From the NCBI GenBank assembly GCA_964016885.1, contig OZ024742.1, positions 95,604,001 through 95,668,000 of the forward strand: DNA of 64,000 nucleotides, read 5' to 3'. Positions within the stretch are counted from its first letter, which is position 1; every line of letters starts with the position of its first letter. Of this stretch, positions 39,469-51,932 are shown piece after piece. The translations under genes were made by a program, and so were the position numbers. Under the pieces are notes generated by a model. It was not told the origin of the DNA. It did not search any database and worked only from the letters and a program-made list of their open reading frames with translations. Source of the DNA: Eledone cirrhosa (taxonomy: Eukaryota).

Positions 39469-40855
39469 CAATATAAACAGTTTTATAGATAAATAGATTC
39501 AACATACCGTAATAACACCGACTTGCATTTTAAGAGGTTAAACTGGCAGTGAAAAAATTTTACACCGAGAGAAAGAAAGAAAGAAAAAAGAAAGAAAGAC
39601 AGAAAACGAAGAAAAGGAAGAAAAAGAAGAAATGCATGGAACAAAATAGAGAGATGGAAAGATAGATAAAGAGAAGAACTTCATGTAAAGAAACAGAAAG
39701 ATATATATATATATATAGATATATAGAGAGAGGAAATAGAGATAGATACATATATATATAGAAAATTAGGTAGTGGGAGGTCAGTTGAGTAAATGTATCA
39801 ATAATACATTTATTTATTTATTTATTTATTTAGCTCTAGTATTAATGTAAGGGAGATATATATAGAGAGGAAAAAAATATAGAGGGAGAAAAAAATAGCG
39901 AGAGAAAAAATTTAAAAATAGCTAGATATATTCGAGGCGTAAAAACCCTATGTTTTAATGTATTAGTATTTATAAAACTTCCACTATATTGTAAATATCA
40001 GTATTCCTGAATGAGACAAGTATCCATAGTGTGTGAGAATTAATTATCTTATGTTTAGTTTTTTTAAAAAAATTCATATGTTTATGTGATAGCTACAAAC
40101 ATCCATGCGAATCCACATGATCAACTCTGCAAAGTCTAAGTTCACGGAAAACATTCTCAATGTGGTATAAAAATTTGAGTATACAAATATGTGTATTATT
40201 ATTCCTGTCTTTACTCTACAAGATTATCTATCAAGCAGAAATAGAGAGCAGATTTCAATATACTAATAAAAATATATATCAGAAACAAAACAAAAAATAA
40301 AAAGATAACAATAATAATAATAAGTAATAATAAAATAGAAAACTAAAAAAATATTACGAAAGAATATTACATATTAAAAATATTACATATTAAAAACTAT
40401 TACGTATTAAAAAATTTACATATTAAAGATATTAAAAATAAAAATAAAAAATATTATAAAATACTACAATAATAAAAAAATAAAAATAAACCACAAAGAT
40501 CAACCCTTCAAAATTAATTGACAATATATTGCCAAGTTCATTATAAGACAAAGCCAAAAATTATCTATCAAATCACATCTAGCAAAGATCATTTCAAAAA
40601 GTTTATGATGTCCAATTTGGTCTACATGTGTTCTTATATTTAATATAGAAGTTTATCTAGTGTAAGGTTTATTCAAAATATTTGGAGCATCAGCTTTTAG
40701 GGTAGCTTAATTTTTCATGAGGAATGTTTAAATAAAAATAAAATAAAAATAAACAATAAAAAATAAAAAAAGAATAAAAAGAAGGAATCAAAAATTTAAG
40801 GAATCAAAAATTTATCGGCTAGTTTCCCATATAAATATAAATCAAACTAAATATA

Positions 40856-42945
40856 CTACATTTTAAATTTAAATTTATATTTAAACGTTGAGTTTAATCT
40901 ATGTTTGCAACAACTGAATAAATTTGTCCGTAGATTAAGGGAATTTTTAGATTTTAGTATAAAGAATATCTCCTCTGCGCAGAGGTCACATGTCTCAGAG
41001 GATGAATTAAAAGGAATCCCTCTTGAGACTATATTCCAAGCCGTCGTATATCTAACGTTATCTAGCTTAAGTTGCCAGAGTACGCCTGATAGTGCCGTTG
41101 AAGATTTTTTACTTGGATCTGTGAAAGAATTCTTGTGTTTATTATAGCGAACTTTAAATTCCGTCGATGTGGAACCGACGTAGTTAAAAGAATTAGAGTC
41201 AGTATTAACATTACAATTGTATACTATATTTTTAACTAAGCAGTTGTTATTTAACGGACATTTAGATCTATCTCTACAGTTACATTTGTTAACTTGTATA
41301 TTATTTATGCTATTATCACTAGGTTTTAAGTTCCTATTATTTATTCTATTAATATTTTGTGCTAAATTTTTGGTGGATGAGTAGGTTAATTTAATTGTAT
41401 GCCTATTGAAAATTGAGTGATACCTATGTGTTCTAGGGAAGCGATTATCAAGAGCTTTGAAAAATAATTTAGCGATGTGGGTTTTAATGTTTAGTGAGAA
41501 AGGGGGGGCAAACCAAATTATGTTCCTAGTTCTATTTCTTTTTTGGCCTTTGGAATTATTGTAATGCTTTCTATTATAGTTGTTAAGGTTGTTGCCGTAA
41601 TTAAAAAAGTTGTTACTTTGTTTAGTTTATCTATCATTATCTATGTACACAATCTTATCAGCATATCCTGCCCTAGCTAATGCTTCATTATAGTATTGGG
41701 CCTTTTCGTCGAAAATCTTTCTATTCGACGAGATCCTAGAGATACGTTTTTGAACAGAGTTTACTATAGTGTTTTTGACAGATCTGGGGTGGTTAGAGTT
41801 AAAGTTGACATAGTTTAAGTTTTCATTCAACTTGTGAAAAGGATAGTGGAGACATGTGTTGAGATTTAATGTTATATCTAGGAAATTGACTATTCTATGG
41901 TTGTTCTCAATTTCTATTTTAAGGTTAAAGTAATTAAAAAATTTTGTAATTTGTTTACATTTTCTATTTAGTTCAGGGTTATTATTATTAATAAGTAAAA
42001 GCATGTCATCCCTATATAAACCTCCGGTAATACCAGGTATTTTCCTATGTAGCGAATTGATTAAAAATAAGCCCACAAGGTCAGTTACCTGAGCTGAGTC
42101 GGAAGATCCCATAGTTATGTCAAAATTGCTATCTCTATCTGCTCTGGTCCATAATTTGTCATTAAATTCTATCAAAGTTTTCCTAGCCGATAATATAATA
42201 TGCATTTCATTGCTAGTTAGGTCAGTATGTTTGAATGCGTAATTTAGTGCCTTATTTAGTAGACTAGGGGTAATAGAAGAATAATAGTTAGCTATATCAA
42301 GTTGAATAAACCTATTATTATTGTTATATTTAATTTGCCTAAACCACTCAACAACCTCTCCAGTTCCCTTCCACAAGCTCAGGTTAGATACACAATCCAA
42401 GTTCTTAATTTGCTGTATCACCCTGTCAAGAATGTTTTTGCTTAATTTGCCCAGGTCCGATTTTGATGGTGCGATCAATCTAACTGGCAGGTCATTTTCA
42501 AAATTCCTCTTGTGATCCTTCATATTGATCTTCGGTTTCCTGGGCACGAAAGGTTGTGTTCTGTTCTCAATTTCCAACTCGTGCATTATACAAGATGCTT
42601 CAACATTCATTTTCTCAAGTTCAGCCTTATCTGCTACCTTGTACTTTTTCCTCAGCTCTTTCAGTATGAGGCCATTATACATGTCTTTCTGCACTCCATA
42701 GAGGTTGTTGGTCTTGTCAGATTTCACCAAGATCTTCTCAGTTTTCTCTAAGCTCTCAATGTTATCCTTAATGCCTTTCAGATATTCCTGGCCTTTGAAG
42801 TTTCTCTTGAATTTGACCCCTTGTATGATGGAAATTATATCGTTTTCAAAGTCAGATAAAAGTTTGTTAGGGGGTGGATTTCTTTTAGATTTGAAAACTT
42901 TGTTTAAGTCCGAGACATTTTCGTCTGCATTAGATTTATCAAAAA
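40856..42945 (-). pseudogene. PLE reverse transcriptase plus GIY-YIG endonuclease, one in-frame TAA at 41627-41629
   Basis: RT: KSDKT, KDHK, FIQLDIANYYSSI, MGS, GLYRDD, NFLDITL. The same frame continues IIWFAPPFS, CNCRDRSKCPLNNNC, NIVY...YVGST, FKVRYNKH, CDLCAEE, CCKH to TAG at 40856. Confidence 0.88.
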
Positions 42946-43975
42946 TATAAATTTAAATTTAAATTTAAATTTAAAATGTAGTATATTTAGTTTGATTTAT
43001 ATTTATATGGGAAACTAGCCGATAAATTTTTGATTCCTTAAATTTTTGATTCCTTCTTTTTATTCTTTTTTATTTTTTATTGTTTATTTTTATTTTATTT
43101 TTATTTAAACATTCCTCATGAAAAATTAAGCTACCCTAAAAGCTGATGCTCCAAATATTTTGAATAAACCTTACACTAGATAAACTTCTATATTAAATAT
43201 AAGAACACATGTAGACCAAATTGGACATCATAAACTTTTTGAAATGATCTTTGCTAGATGTGATTTGATAGATAATTTTTGGCTTTGTCTTATAATGAAC
43301 TTGGCAATATATTGTCAATTAATTTTGAAGGGTTGATCTTTGTGGTTTATTTTTATTTTTTTATTATTGTAATATTTTATAATATTTTTTATTTTTATTT
43401 TTAATATCTTTAATATGTAAATTTTTTAATACGTAATATTTTTTAATATGTAATATTTTTAATATGTAATATTCTTTCGTAATATTTTTTTAGTTTTCTA
43501 TTTTATTATTACTTATTATTATTATTGTTATCTTTTTATTTTTTGTTTTGTTTCTGATATATATTTTTATTAGTATATTGAAATCTGCTCTCTATTTCTG
43601 CTTGATAGATAATCTTGTAGAGTAAAGACAGGAATAATAATACACATATTTGTATACTCAAATTTTTATACCACATTGAGAATGTTTTCCGTGAACTTAG
43701 ACTTTGCAGAGTTGATCATGTGGATTCGCATGGATGTTTGTAGCTATCACATAAACTAAACATAAGATAATTAATTCTCACACACTATGGATACTTGTCT
43801 CATTCAGGAATACTGATATTTACAATATAGTGGAAGTTTTATAAATACTAATACATTAAAACATAGGGTTTTTACGCCTCGAATATATCTGGCTATTTTT
43901 AAATTTTTTCTCTCGCTATTTTTTCTCTCTCTATATTTTTTTTCCTCTCTCTATATATCTCCCTTACATTAATAC

Positions 43976-44156
43976 GGTGGATTGGCAGTATCGGTAGAGG
44001 GTCGGACGCCATGCTTTCCAGCATAGTTACGTCCCTTTACGATCTGAGTTCAAATCCCGCCGAGGTTGACTTTGCCTTTCATCCTTACGGGGTCGATAAA
44101 ATAAAGTACCAGTAACGCACTGAGTAATTGCTGGCCTTGTGCCTAAAGTAGAAACA
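43976..44156 (+). mobile_element. Meta/MESC-core SINE with 8-bp TSD ATTAATAC
   Basis: TSD at 43968-43975 and 44157-44164. The empty site is preserved in the left arm (~39839-39846). Confidence 0.92.
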
Positions 44157-44534
44157 ATTAATACTAGAGCTAAATAAATAAATAAATAAATAAATGTATT
44201 ATTGATACATTTACTCAGCTGACCTCCCACTACCTAATTTTCTATATATATATGTATCTATCTCTATTTCCTCTCTCTATATATCTATATATATATATAT
44301 CTCTTTCTGTTTCTTTACATGAAGTTCTTCTCTTTATCTATCTTTCCATCTCTCTATTTTGTTCCATGCATTTCTTCTTTTTCTTCCTTTTCTTCGTTTT
44401 CTGTCTTTCTTTCTTTTTTCTTTCTTTCTTTCTCTCGGTGTAAAATTTTTTCACTGCCAGTTTAACCTCTTAAAATGCAAGTCGGTGTTATTACGGTATG
44501 TCGAATCTATTTATCTATAAAACTGTTTATATTG

Positions 44535-44600
44535 TATTTTGTCTGAGGAAGGCATAACATATTGTTAATATGATATCCCCGAAATATATATAATGAAATA
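44535..44600 (+). ncRNA. Minimal hammerhead in the inverted PLE tail
   Basis: tattttgt-CTGAGGA-agg...ccc-GAAA-tatata-T-A-atgaaata. Palindromic loop III, stem I with two G-U pairs. Confidence 0.75.
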
Positions 44601-44641
44601 AATATGGTTTTATAAATATAGTTTCCATTTATTTAACATTG

Positions 44642-44691
<50 letters not shown>

Positions 44692-44696
<5 letters not shown>

Positions 44697-45731
44697 AAGT
44701 ATGGGTGCATAAAAGATGTAGTGGGATCACAGGTAAGCTAACTAAGAACATAGATTTTACATGTGGCCGGTGTTCTGGTGCAATAAGTAGCAGCAAGTGC
44801 CCACAAAATACTAGCTCTTTCAATTGCGCAGAGGGTTCTATAGAAATAGTGGACAGCTTCCGTTACCTGGGCGATAAAATCAGCAGTGGGGGAGGGTGCT
44901 CTGAAAGTACTGTAGCTAGAGTCAGAACTGGTTGGAAAAAGTTCAGAGAGCTTATACCACTATTAGCTGCTAAAGGGTTCTCCCTAAAAATGAAAGGCAG
45001 GTTGTACGATGCCTGCATACGAACAGCAATGTTGCATGGTAGTGAGACCTGGGCATTGTGTGCAGAGGATATACGCAGACTAGAGGGGAACGAAGCTTGC
45101 ATGTTCCGCTGGATGTGTAACAGTAATATACGTGAACGGCAAAGCATAAACGAACTAAGGAAAAAATTAGAGATAAGAGGGATCAGATGTTGTTTACTCG
45201 AGAGAAGGCTGCGTTGGTATGGACACGTGATGCGCATGAAAGTCGATAGCTGTATAACAAAGTGCAGGGCAATAAAGATAGACGGAAGCCACGGAATAGG
45301 CAGACCTAGAAAAACCTGGGATTAGCTGATAAACTCCGACCTCACACACTTACACCTCTCCAAGACAATGTCACTGGACCGAGACCTTTGGCGGTACTCA
45401 GTAACAGAGAAGACCCGCCTTGCCAGTAGGCATCTCTAACAAAATACACCCCGTCCCGCCACCACACCCACCCCATCCACACCACCCCGTTCTATGTAAA
45501 GTTATGTTGGTGCCGTGCCATCCAGGCCGAAACAAATGAGATCGTGTAGGTGTCACGACAAAAAAACACACAGTCCACGCTGTAATGTGGCCGTGTAGGC
45601 AACACGGTAAAAACCTGCCAGACAGTCCTATGCGAGCAAGACAATCACTCTTGCCTCAAGTGGGACTACCCCCGTCCAAACCCATGCAAGCGTGGAACAC
45701 GGACGTTAAACGTTGATGATGATGATGATGA

Positions 45732-45735
<4 letters not shown>
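44692..45735 (+). mobile_element. RTE 3' fragment (PHD-insert family) with UTR and (GAT)n tail
   Basis: CKVWVHKRC...CGRC, FRYLG, GRPRKTW. Flanked by (TA)n. Confidence 0.9.
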
Positions 45736-45798
<63 letters not shown>

Positions 45799-45927
45799 TA
45801 TTTATTAAAATAACAGATTATAGTTTAAGCAAAGAATCGCTGCTTTCACCCTTAATGAAATCTTCTGAAACTAACAAAGCCCTCTTTGGATTTTAGTCTT
45901 CAAATTTATTATTATTATTACTATAAA

Positions 45928-46119
45928 GGGCAGTATCGGTAGAGAGTCGGACGCCAAGCTTTACGGACTGAGTTCAAAACCCGCCAAGGTTAACTTTGCC
46001 TTTCATCCTTAAGGGGTCGATGAAATAAAGTACCAGTAATACACTGGGATAATTGCTGGCCTTGTGCCAAAAGTAGAAACAATTATTATTACTATATATA
46101 TATATATATTTATACACAT

Positions 46120-46159
<40 letters not shown>

Positions 46160-46595
46160 CTTAGGCTTAGATAACAGTTGTGGTGATGGCTAATGCTGTT
46201 GTTATGGTTGATACAGTAGAAAACTATTCCAGATAATTTAACTTTCCACGTATCTCATCATTTCTTTCAGTTGAGAAATTTCTCACATTGTATTCGCTAA
46301 ATAGATAAAATACAATCACTTCCATCTGTGTCTATTGACTCATTATATTACCAACAACACAGAGTATTTTTTATATTATAATGATTATTTCACCATATCG
46401 TTATTGTTATTGCTGGTGTTGTTATTGGCGGTATCGGTAGAGGGTCGGACGCCATGCTTTCCAGCATAGTTACGTCCCTTTATGGTCTGAGTTCAAATCC
46501 TGTCGAAGTTAACTTTACCTTTCATCCTTACGGGGTCGATAAAATAAAGTACCAGTAATGTACTGGGATAATTGCGGGCCTTATTATTATTATTG
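45928..46595 (+). mobile_element. Two Meta/MESC-core SINEs (45928-46095, 46427-46595)
   Basis: Match 43976-44156. Confidence 0.85.
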
Positions 46596-47321
46596 TTCTT
46601 TGAGTCTCAATCATTGATGTTATTTAACTGGAAAGTTTGTTGAAATGAATATCAAGCCGCTACCTGCAGCCTCAGATATTCAGGACATATCGGAGGTTTC
46701 TTGCAGTTCCCAGCAAGCATGCCTTTTGAAGTGTTCCAAAAAGCGGGGCTGGACTAATCTTATTTAACCATCCCTGGAAACTCTTTGATATAATACCTAC
46801 TGCACCTATGACAATCGGGACGACCTTCATTTCATGGCAGTTCCAAATCCTTTTTAACTCCCACTTTAAATCCTGGTATCGATTAATTTTCTCCCTCTCC
46901 TTCTCTTGCACTCTCATGTCAAAGGGGCAGGCTACATCTACAATCAGGCACAATCTTTTTTCCTTGTCCAAAACCACCAGGTCAGGTCTATTGTGTTCCA
47001 GTTTCTTGACTTATGTTCATACCACTTCTCAGAATGTGGTAAATTGTTTACTTTGCAGTGGATCACCCTGCCTATCATATCCTGTCTCCAGCCTTTATAG
47101 TGAGTTTGGGCTAGGTGTTTACACTTGGATACAATGTGAGCCACAGCCTCCTCTCTCTCACCACATATCCTACACAGTGAGCTAGCCTCCTCCTTGTCAA
47201 TATGGTGTTTCACCAACTTCGTTCTGAGGGCTTGCTCTTGCGCAGCCATTAGCATTCCTTCTTTAGTTTTTTTAAGGTCTACTCTTTTTAACCAGTTCCA
47301 TGTCTGTGGATCTCTGAATCC

Positions 47322-47322
<1 letters not shown>
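46596..47322 (-). mobile_element. 5'-truncated Dong copy with internal deletion, in an (ATT)n tract
   Basis: FRDPQTWNWL...LQKACLLGTARNLRYVLNI and the same 3'UTR as 6449-6530. Confidence 0.9.
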
Positions 47323-47355
<33 letters not shown>

Positions 47356-48245
47356 AATAGGCAGTAGATTAGCAGTATTGGTACAGAGTCAGACACCATG
47401 CTTTGCAGCATAAAGTTATGGCCCTTTACGGTCTGAGTTCAAATCCTGCCAAGGTTAAAATTGCCTTTCATCCTTACGGGGTTGATAAAAGAACGTCCCA
47501 GTCACGCACTGGGTTGATTTAATCGACTTTCCCCTCCCCACCAAGAAATTGCTGGCCTTGATTATTATTATTTGGGCGGTGGATTGGCAGAATTGGTAAA
47601 GCATTGGACAACATGCTTAGCAGCATAGAGTTTATGGCCTTGAACGTTCTGCATTGAAATCCCCCATGGTTAGTCTCGCCTTTCATTATTCTGGGATTGA
47701 GGAAATACTACTAAAGTACTGGTACCAATTCAACCGACTTCCTCTCCCCTCAAATTTCATGCTCTGTACCTTAGAAACCATTATTATATTTTTTATCATC
47801 CAGGGCGGTGGATTGGCAGTATCAGTAGAGGGTTGGACGCCATGCTTTCCAGCATAGTTACATCCCTTTACGATCTGAGTTCAAATCCCGCCGAGGTTGA
47901 CTTTGCCTTTCATCCTTACGGGGTCGATAAAATAAAGTACCAGTAATCTACTGGGTCATTGCTGGCCTTGTACTAAAAGTAGAAACAATTATATTTTTTA
48001 TCATCCTTACCATTAATATGTATGTAATCTGTCATTATAATGTCCTATTAAACTAGCACAATTGTGGAAAATTAAATCATTTTAGTGTCGTTAGTGTTGG
48101 AAAAATTCTTAGCTGTATTTATTCCAGCTTTTTGTATTCTGTGTTCAAATCTTACCATAGTCAACTTTGCCTTTCATCATTCACAAATTTTCCTCCTCAC
48201 CAATTGTTGGCTTTGTACCTAAATTGGAAATCATTATTATTATTT
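47356..48245 (+). mobile_element. Tandem cluster of four Meta/MESC-core SINEs of differing age
   Basis: Cores near 47465, 47680, 47905 and 48170. Confidence 0.8.
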
Positions 48246-48949
48246 AGACTGGAGAGAAATGAAGCCACCATGCTTCATTGTTTGTGCATTTTAAGTGTGA
48301 GAGAAAGGCAGAGCTTGGATGAACTGAGGGAGAAGCTGGGCTTTAAGAGGAATTGGAGGTGGTGTGCAGAAGAGAAGATTGCATTGGTACAGATATGTGA
48401 TGCTCATGGACAAATGCCAGGAAATCCCAGTGGAATGAAGCCACAGTAGTAGAAGACCAACAAAGACCTGGAAGAAGAAGAAGAAGAAGAAGAAGAAGAA
48501 GAAGAATTACTTTTCTGGGAGTCTTATCAGCTAAAACTTCAGATTCATATCACTGTATATATAGTAATAATGTCCAATACAATCCAGGGCCTTCTCACTC
48601 TTGTTGGAGGAATCCCTCCCTAGTTGACCTCCACTGCATTCTGTTTGGTTCTAGATATATCAATGGTGGAACCACACTCACTATGCTTGGCCAATTGTGG
48701 GTTGATGAAGCTATTTAACCCATAGTTTGTGTGATGCCCATTGACACTAAGGATTTCATCCACCCTTTATAGAGCTCTCGCTGTTTGTGCTGCTTGGGTT
48801 CTACTTACCTTTCTTCCCAAACCAGTGTCTGGTAGGGGGTGGCCAGTTTAATCACAAGTCACTCTTTCATTTATCTTATTCACAGTATAATTCAACTGTA
48901 TATAGATTTAAATTTATACACATTTTTAATTTGTACAAGAAGTTTATAA

Positions 48950-49820
48950 GGACTATGTATTAATGATAAGGAGGTGTATAATGGTGGTAGTAGTGATGAT
49001 GGTGATAATGATGAGGGTGATGTTAGTGGTGGTAGTGGCAATTGTGGCAATGGTAATGATAGTGATGATGGTGATGGTGGAGGTGGTGGTGGTGGTGGTG
49101 GTGCTGCTGATGATGATGGTGGTGGTGGTTGTAGTGGTAATAATGAGGGTGTTGATTGTGGTCGTGGTGGTGATGGTGGTGATGGTGGTAATGTCAGTAA
49201 TTATGATGGCTCTCATGGCAATAATGACACAAGCTGTGCTGGCGGCAGTGCCAATGACGATGGTTCTGATGGAGATGGTAGTGGTGGTGTGGATGGTGGT
49301 TATAATGATGATAGTGGTGGCAATTGTGCTGGTAGCAATGATGATGGTTGTTGTCAATATGATGATGGTGATAGTGATGATAGATAAAATGAAGATGACT
49401 ATGTTGAATTTGAGGATGATGCTGATGATGGTGGATGTTGTTGCTTTTGTTGTTATAAAATGCCAAAGAAGTCTGCAGGATGCTTTGAAATTCAACTGAT
49501 TGCATGATAGAAAAATATTGCACTCAGACGAACTTAACATCTGTATGAGAGAAAACAGACAGAGAAGTGGACGGAAGAAGGTAGATTGAATAGAAATGAT
49601 GTCCTGTATGGTGGGTGGTGTGGACTTGGAGGTACTAATGATGGTAAAGTTGATGGTGGCATTGATGGTTGTTGTAACGGTGGTGGTTGTGATGATGGCT
49701 GTTTTTGTTGTGGTGGTGTTGGTGGCTGCAGTGTGATTGTAATAACACTGATAGCGGAGATGGTGGCAGTGATAAGAGTGGTATGGCTTATAGTGATCGT
49801 GGTGTTGGTTGTAATGATTG

Positions 49821-49854
<34 letters not shown>

Positions 49855-50015
49855 GGTTGAAGTAGTGGCATTGTTAGCGGTGATGGTAGTAGAGGTTTTG
49901 TTGTTAATGATGGGGAAAATAGTAGTTGGGATGGTGGCAGTGATGTTAACAGCTGTGGTAGTGGTGATAGTGGCAGTGAGAGTAGTAGCAGTGGTAGAGG
50001 TAGTAGTAGTAATTA
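48950..50015. repeat. Degenerate (GGT/GAT/AGT)n low-complexity tracts
   Basis: Trinucleotide periodicity. ORFs in several frames are compositional. Confidence 0.85.
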
Positions 50016-51029
50016 AAATCGAAATTAAATTTAAAAGAAAGTAAATGTGTTGGTAATTGAATATCAGTGAGTATTTTAGAAGTAATTAACTGAACAGAAA
50101 TGTGGATGGGTGTGTAGGTTAGGCAGGGTTGAAAAATATGAATGCCACCATTGGCAGGGCTTGAACTTAGAACACTAACATAAAAGTATCTTGACATTCA
50201 TCTAAGATCCAAGATGAGCCCACAGCACACCAAGAAGCACAAATAAGAATGGCACCATAAAACTACTTATACATCAATGGCCAACAAAAAGGACAACTAT
50301 AGAAAATATAACAGCAATGGCAGTGTCCCAGCATGGCCTCAGAACATGAGCTAGATAAGGTAGAAAAGAAAAAATAGAGAAGGAAAAAATGAAATCTATC
50401 AGATTTTGATATACCTACTATGTCGACCATTCTGCGAAGAAAGCCCTTGTTTCAAGGTCACATCGATCAATGTAGTTTATGTTTATATTAATGTATGTTT
50501 CCATATATTTCTGTATGTTTCCATATATTAATGTAGTTTATGTTTATATTTATGTATGTTTCCAAAATATGAACCCCTTTGTTACCATATTTCTAATGAG
50601 AGACACTGTCAATTTTTTATCCAACTTTGAAAATAATAAAGAATTTTGAAGGAATTTAATAAGATACACATATTTTATATTGTTAAGCTGATGTTTAGAA
50701 TGGTATATTAGCAAAATTGTTATAGATTCAAGCAGAATGCTTTGTGAATTCCTCTTATGACTCTTTATGTTCTGTCAAATCCTGCCAAGGTAAACTTTAC
50801 CTTTCCAGGTTTGATAAAATAAAGAAGCTATATATTGATTTTTTCCTCCCTACAAATTGCTAACCTTGGGCCTAAAGTAAAACCCATTATCATGCTGATA
50901 TTTGGAACATAACCTAACAAAAATACTTTACATAACATCATGATAGAAGGTTTTTAGGTGGATATAACTACTTTAATAATTTTAAAAATAAGAATTTACA
51001 GGAATTTTGTAATATATCTAACTGTCATT

Positions 51030-51280
51030 ACAGCCCTTTCCATCTGAGTTCAAATCCCGCCGAGGTTAACTTTGCCTTTCATCCTTATGGGGTCGATAAA
51101 ATAAAGCACCATAATGCACTGGGTAATTGCTGGCCTTGTGCCAAAAGTAGAAACAATATTATTTTAATCTCACCGAGGTTCACTTTGCCTTTCATCCTTA
51201 TGGGGTCGATAAAATAAAGTACCAGTAATACACTGGAATAATTGCTGGCCTTGTGCCAATAAGTAGAAACAATTGTTATT
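51030..51280 (+). mobile_element. Two truncated Meta/MESC-core SINEs in tandem
   Basis: Core and tail repeated. Confidence 0.85.
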
Positions 51281-51671
51281 TTGGGTGCTTGGAATATCAC
51301 TCAATAAAGGTTCTTATATGAAATTATAATGATTTTTAGATAAATATAAAAACTTAAAAAGAGAAAATTTGTATTGTATAACCAATGTCAGTTTCAAGCA
51401 GTTTGGTATCAGAAGAGTTAATGGAATATTTAAACAATTACAAAATGATAGCCGCATGAAAAATGAACTGAAAGAGAAATCTAGAGGGCAGGTGTTCTGG
51501 TAAGGAAGAATTGGAGAAAATAGTGCAGTGCCTGGAGTGAGATGTTTAATAACATAATATACATGATACAGAAAGAAGCGTCTCAGAATAGGGCCTGTTA
51601 ACTCTGGGGAACAGACACCACTAAACTGGGTTTTAAATACACTGTGTCTGGATAAAACTAAACTTATTATT

Positions 51672-51932
51672 TTAACCCTTTTAATACCAATAATCCTGAA
51701 ACTGCCCATAATTCTATGATAAAAAAAATCTCTCATGTTATATTGTTTATATTTATTTCAAAAACTTCGATCAAAACATTATGTAGAGCCCTTGGTTACA
51801 ATATATTTTAAACACCAACATAATGTCAAAGTTAGTTATTTTATTTAATCCCTAAATGTTTGGCTATTTTCAAATTTACGTAAAGTGCATAGGAAGTGTT
51901 TTTCTTTAGAAATATGGTAATGAAAATGTTAA
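51672..51932. mobile_element. Possible piggyBac-like MITE remnant
   Basis: TTAA-CCCTTTTAATACC ... GGTAATGAAAATG-TTAA. Similar ends at ~21788, ~50572 and ~35240-35262. Confidence 0.45.

Larger units (their letters stand above)
39273..44643 (-). mobile_element. Penelope-like element, Naiad-type, 5'-truncated, with ~1.5-kb inverted arms (39360-40882 / 42943-44643)
   Basis: RT plus C-terminal GIY-YIG ORF between inverted copies of its 3' tail. HHR in each arm. (TA)n flanks. Confidence 0.9.

Noticed and set aside
40000-40045. Hammerhead-like CTGAATGAG
   Set aside because: Antisense to the element, with no downstream GAAA or stem II.
43285-43340. SECIS element in the Naiad tail
   Set aside because: ATGA is followed by a stem without the apical AA loop or matching GA, and the ORF has no in-frame TGA at the Cys positions examined.
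48953-50044. Long Gly/Asp-, Val/Met- or Thr/Ile-rich ORFs
   Set aside because: Open in several frames on both strands because of degenerate trinucleotide repeats. No splice or domain evidence.
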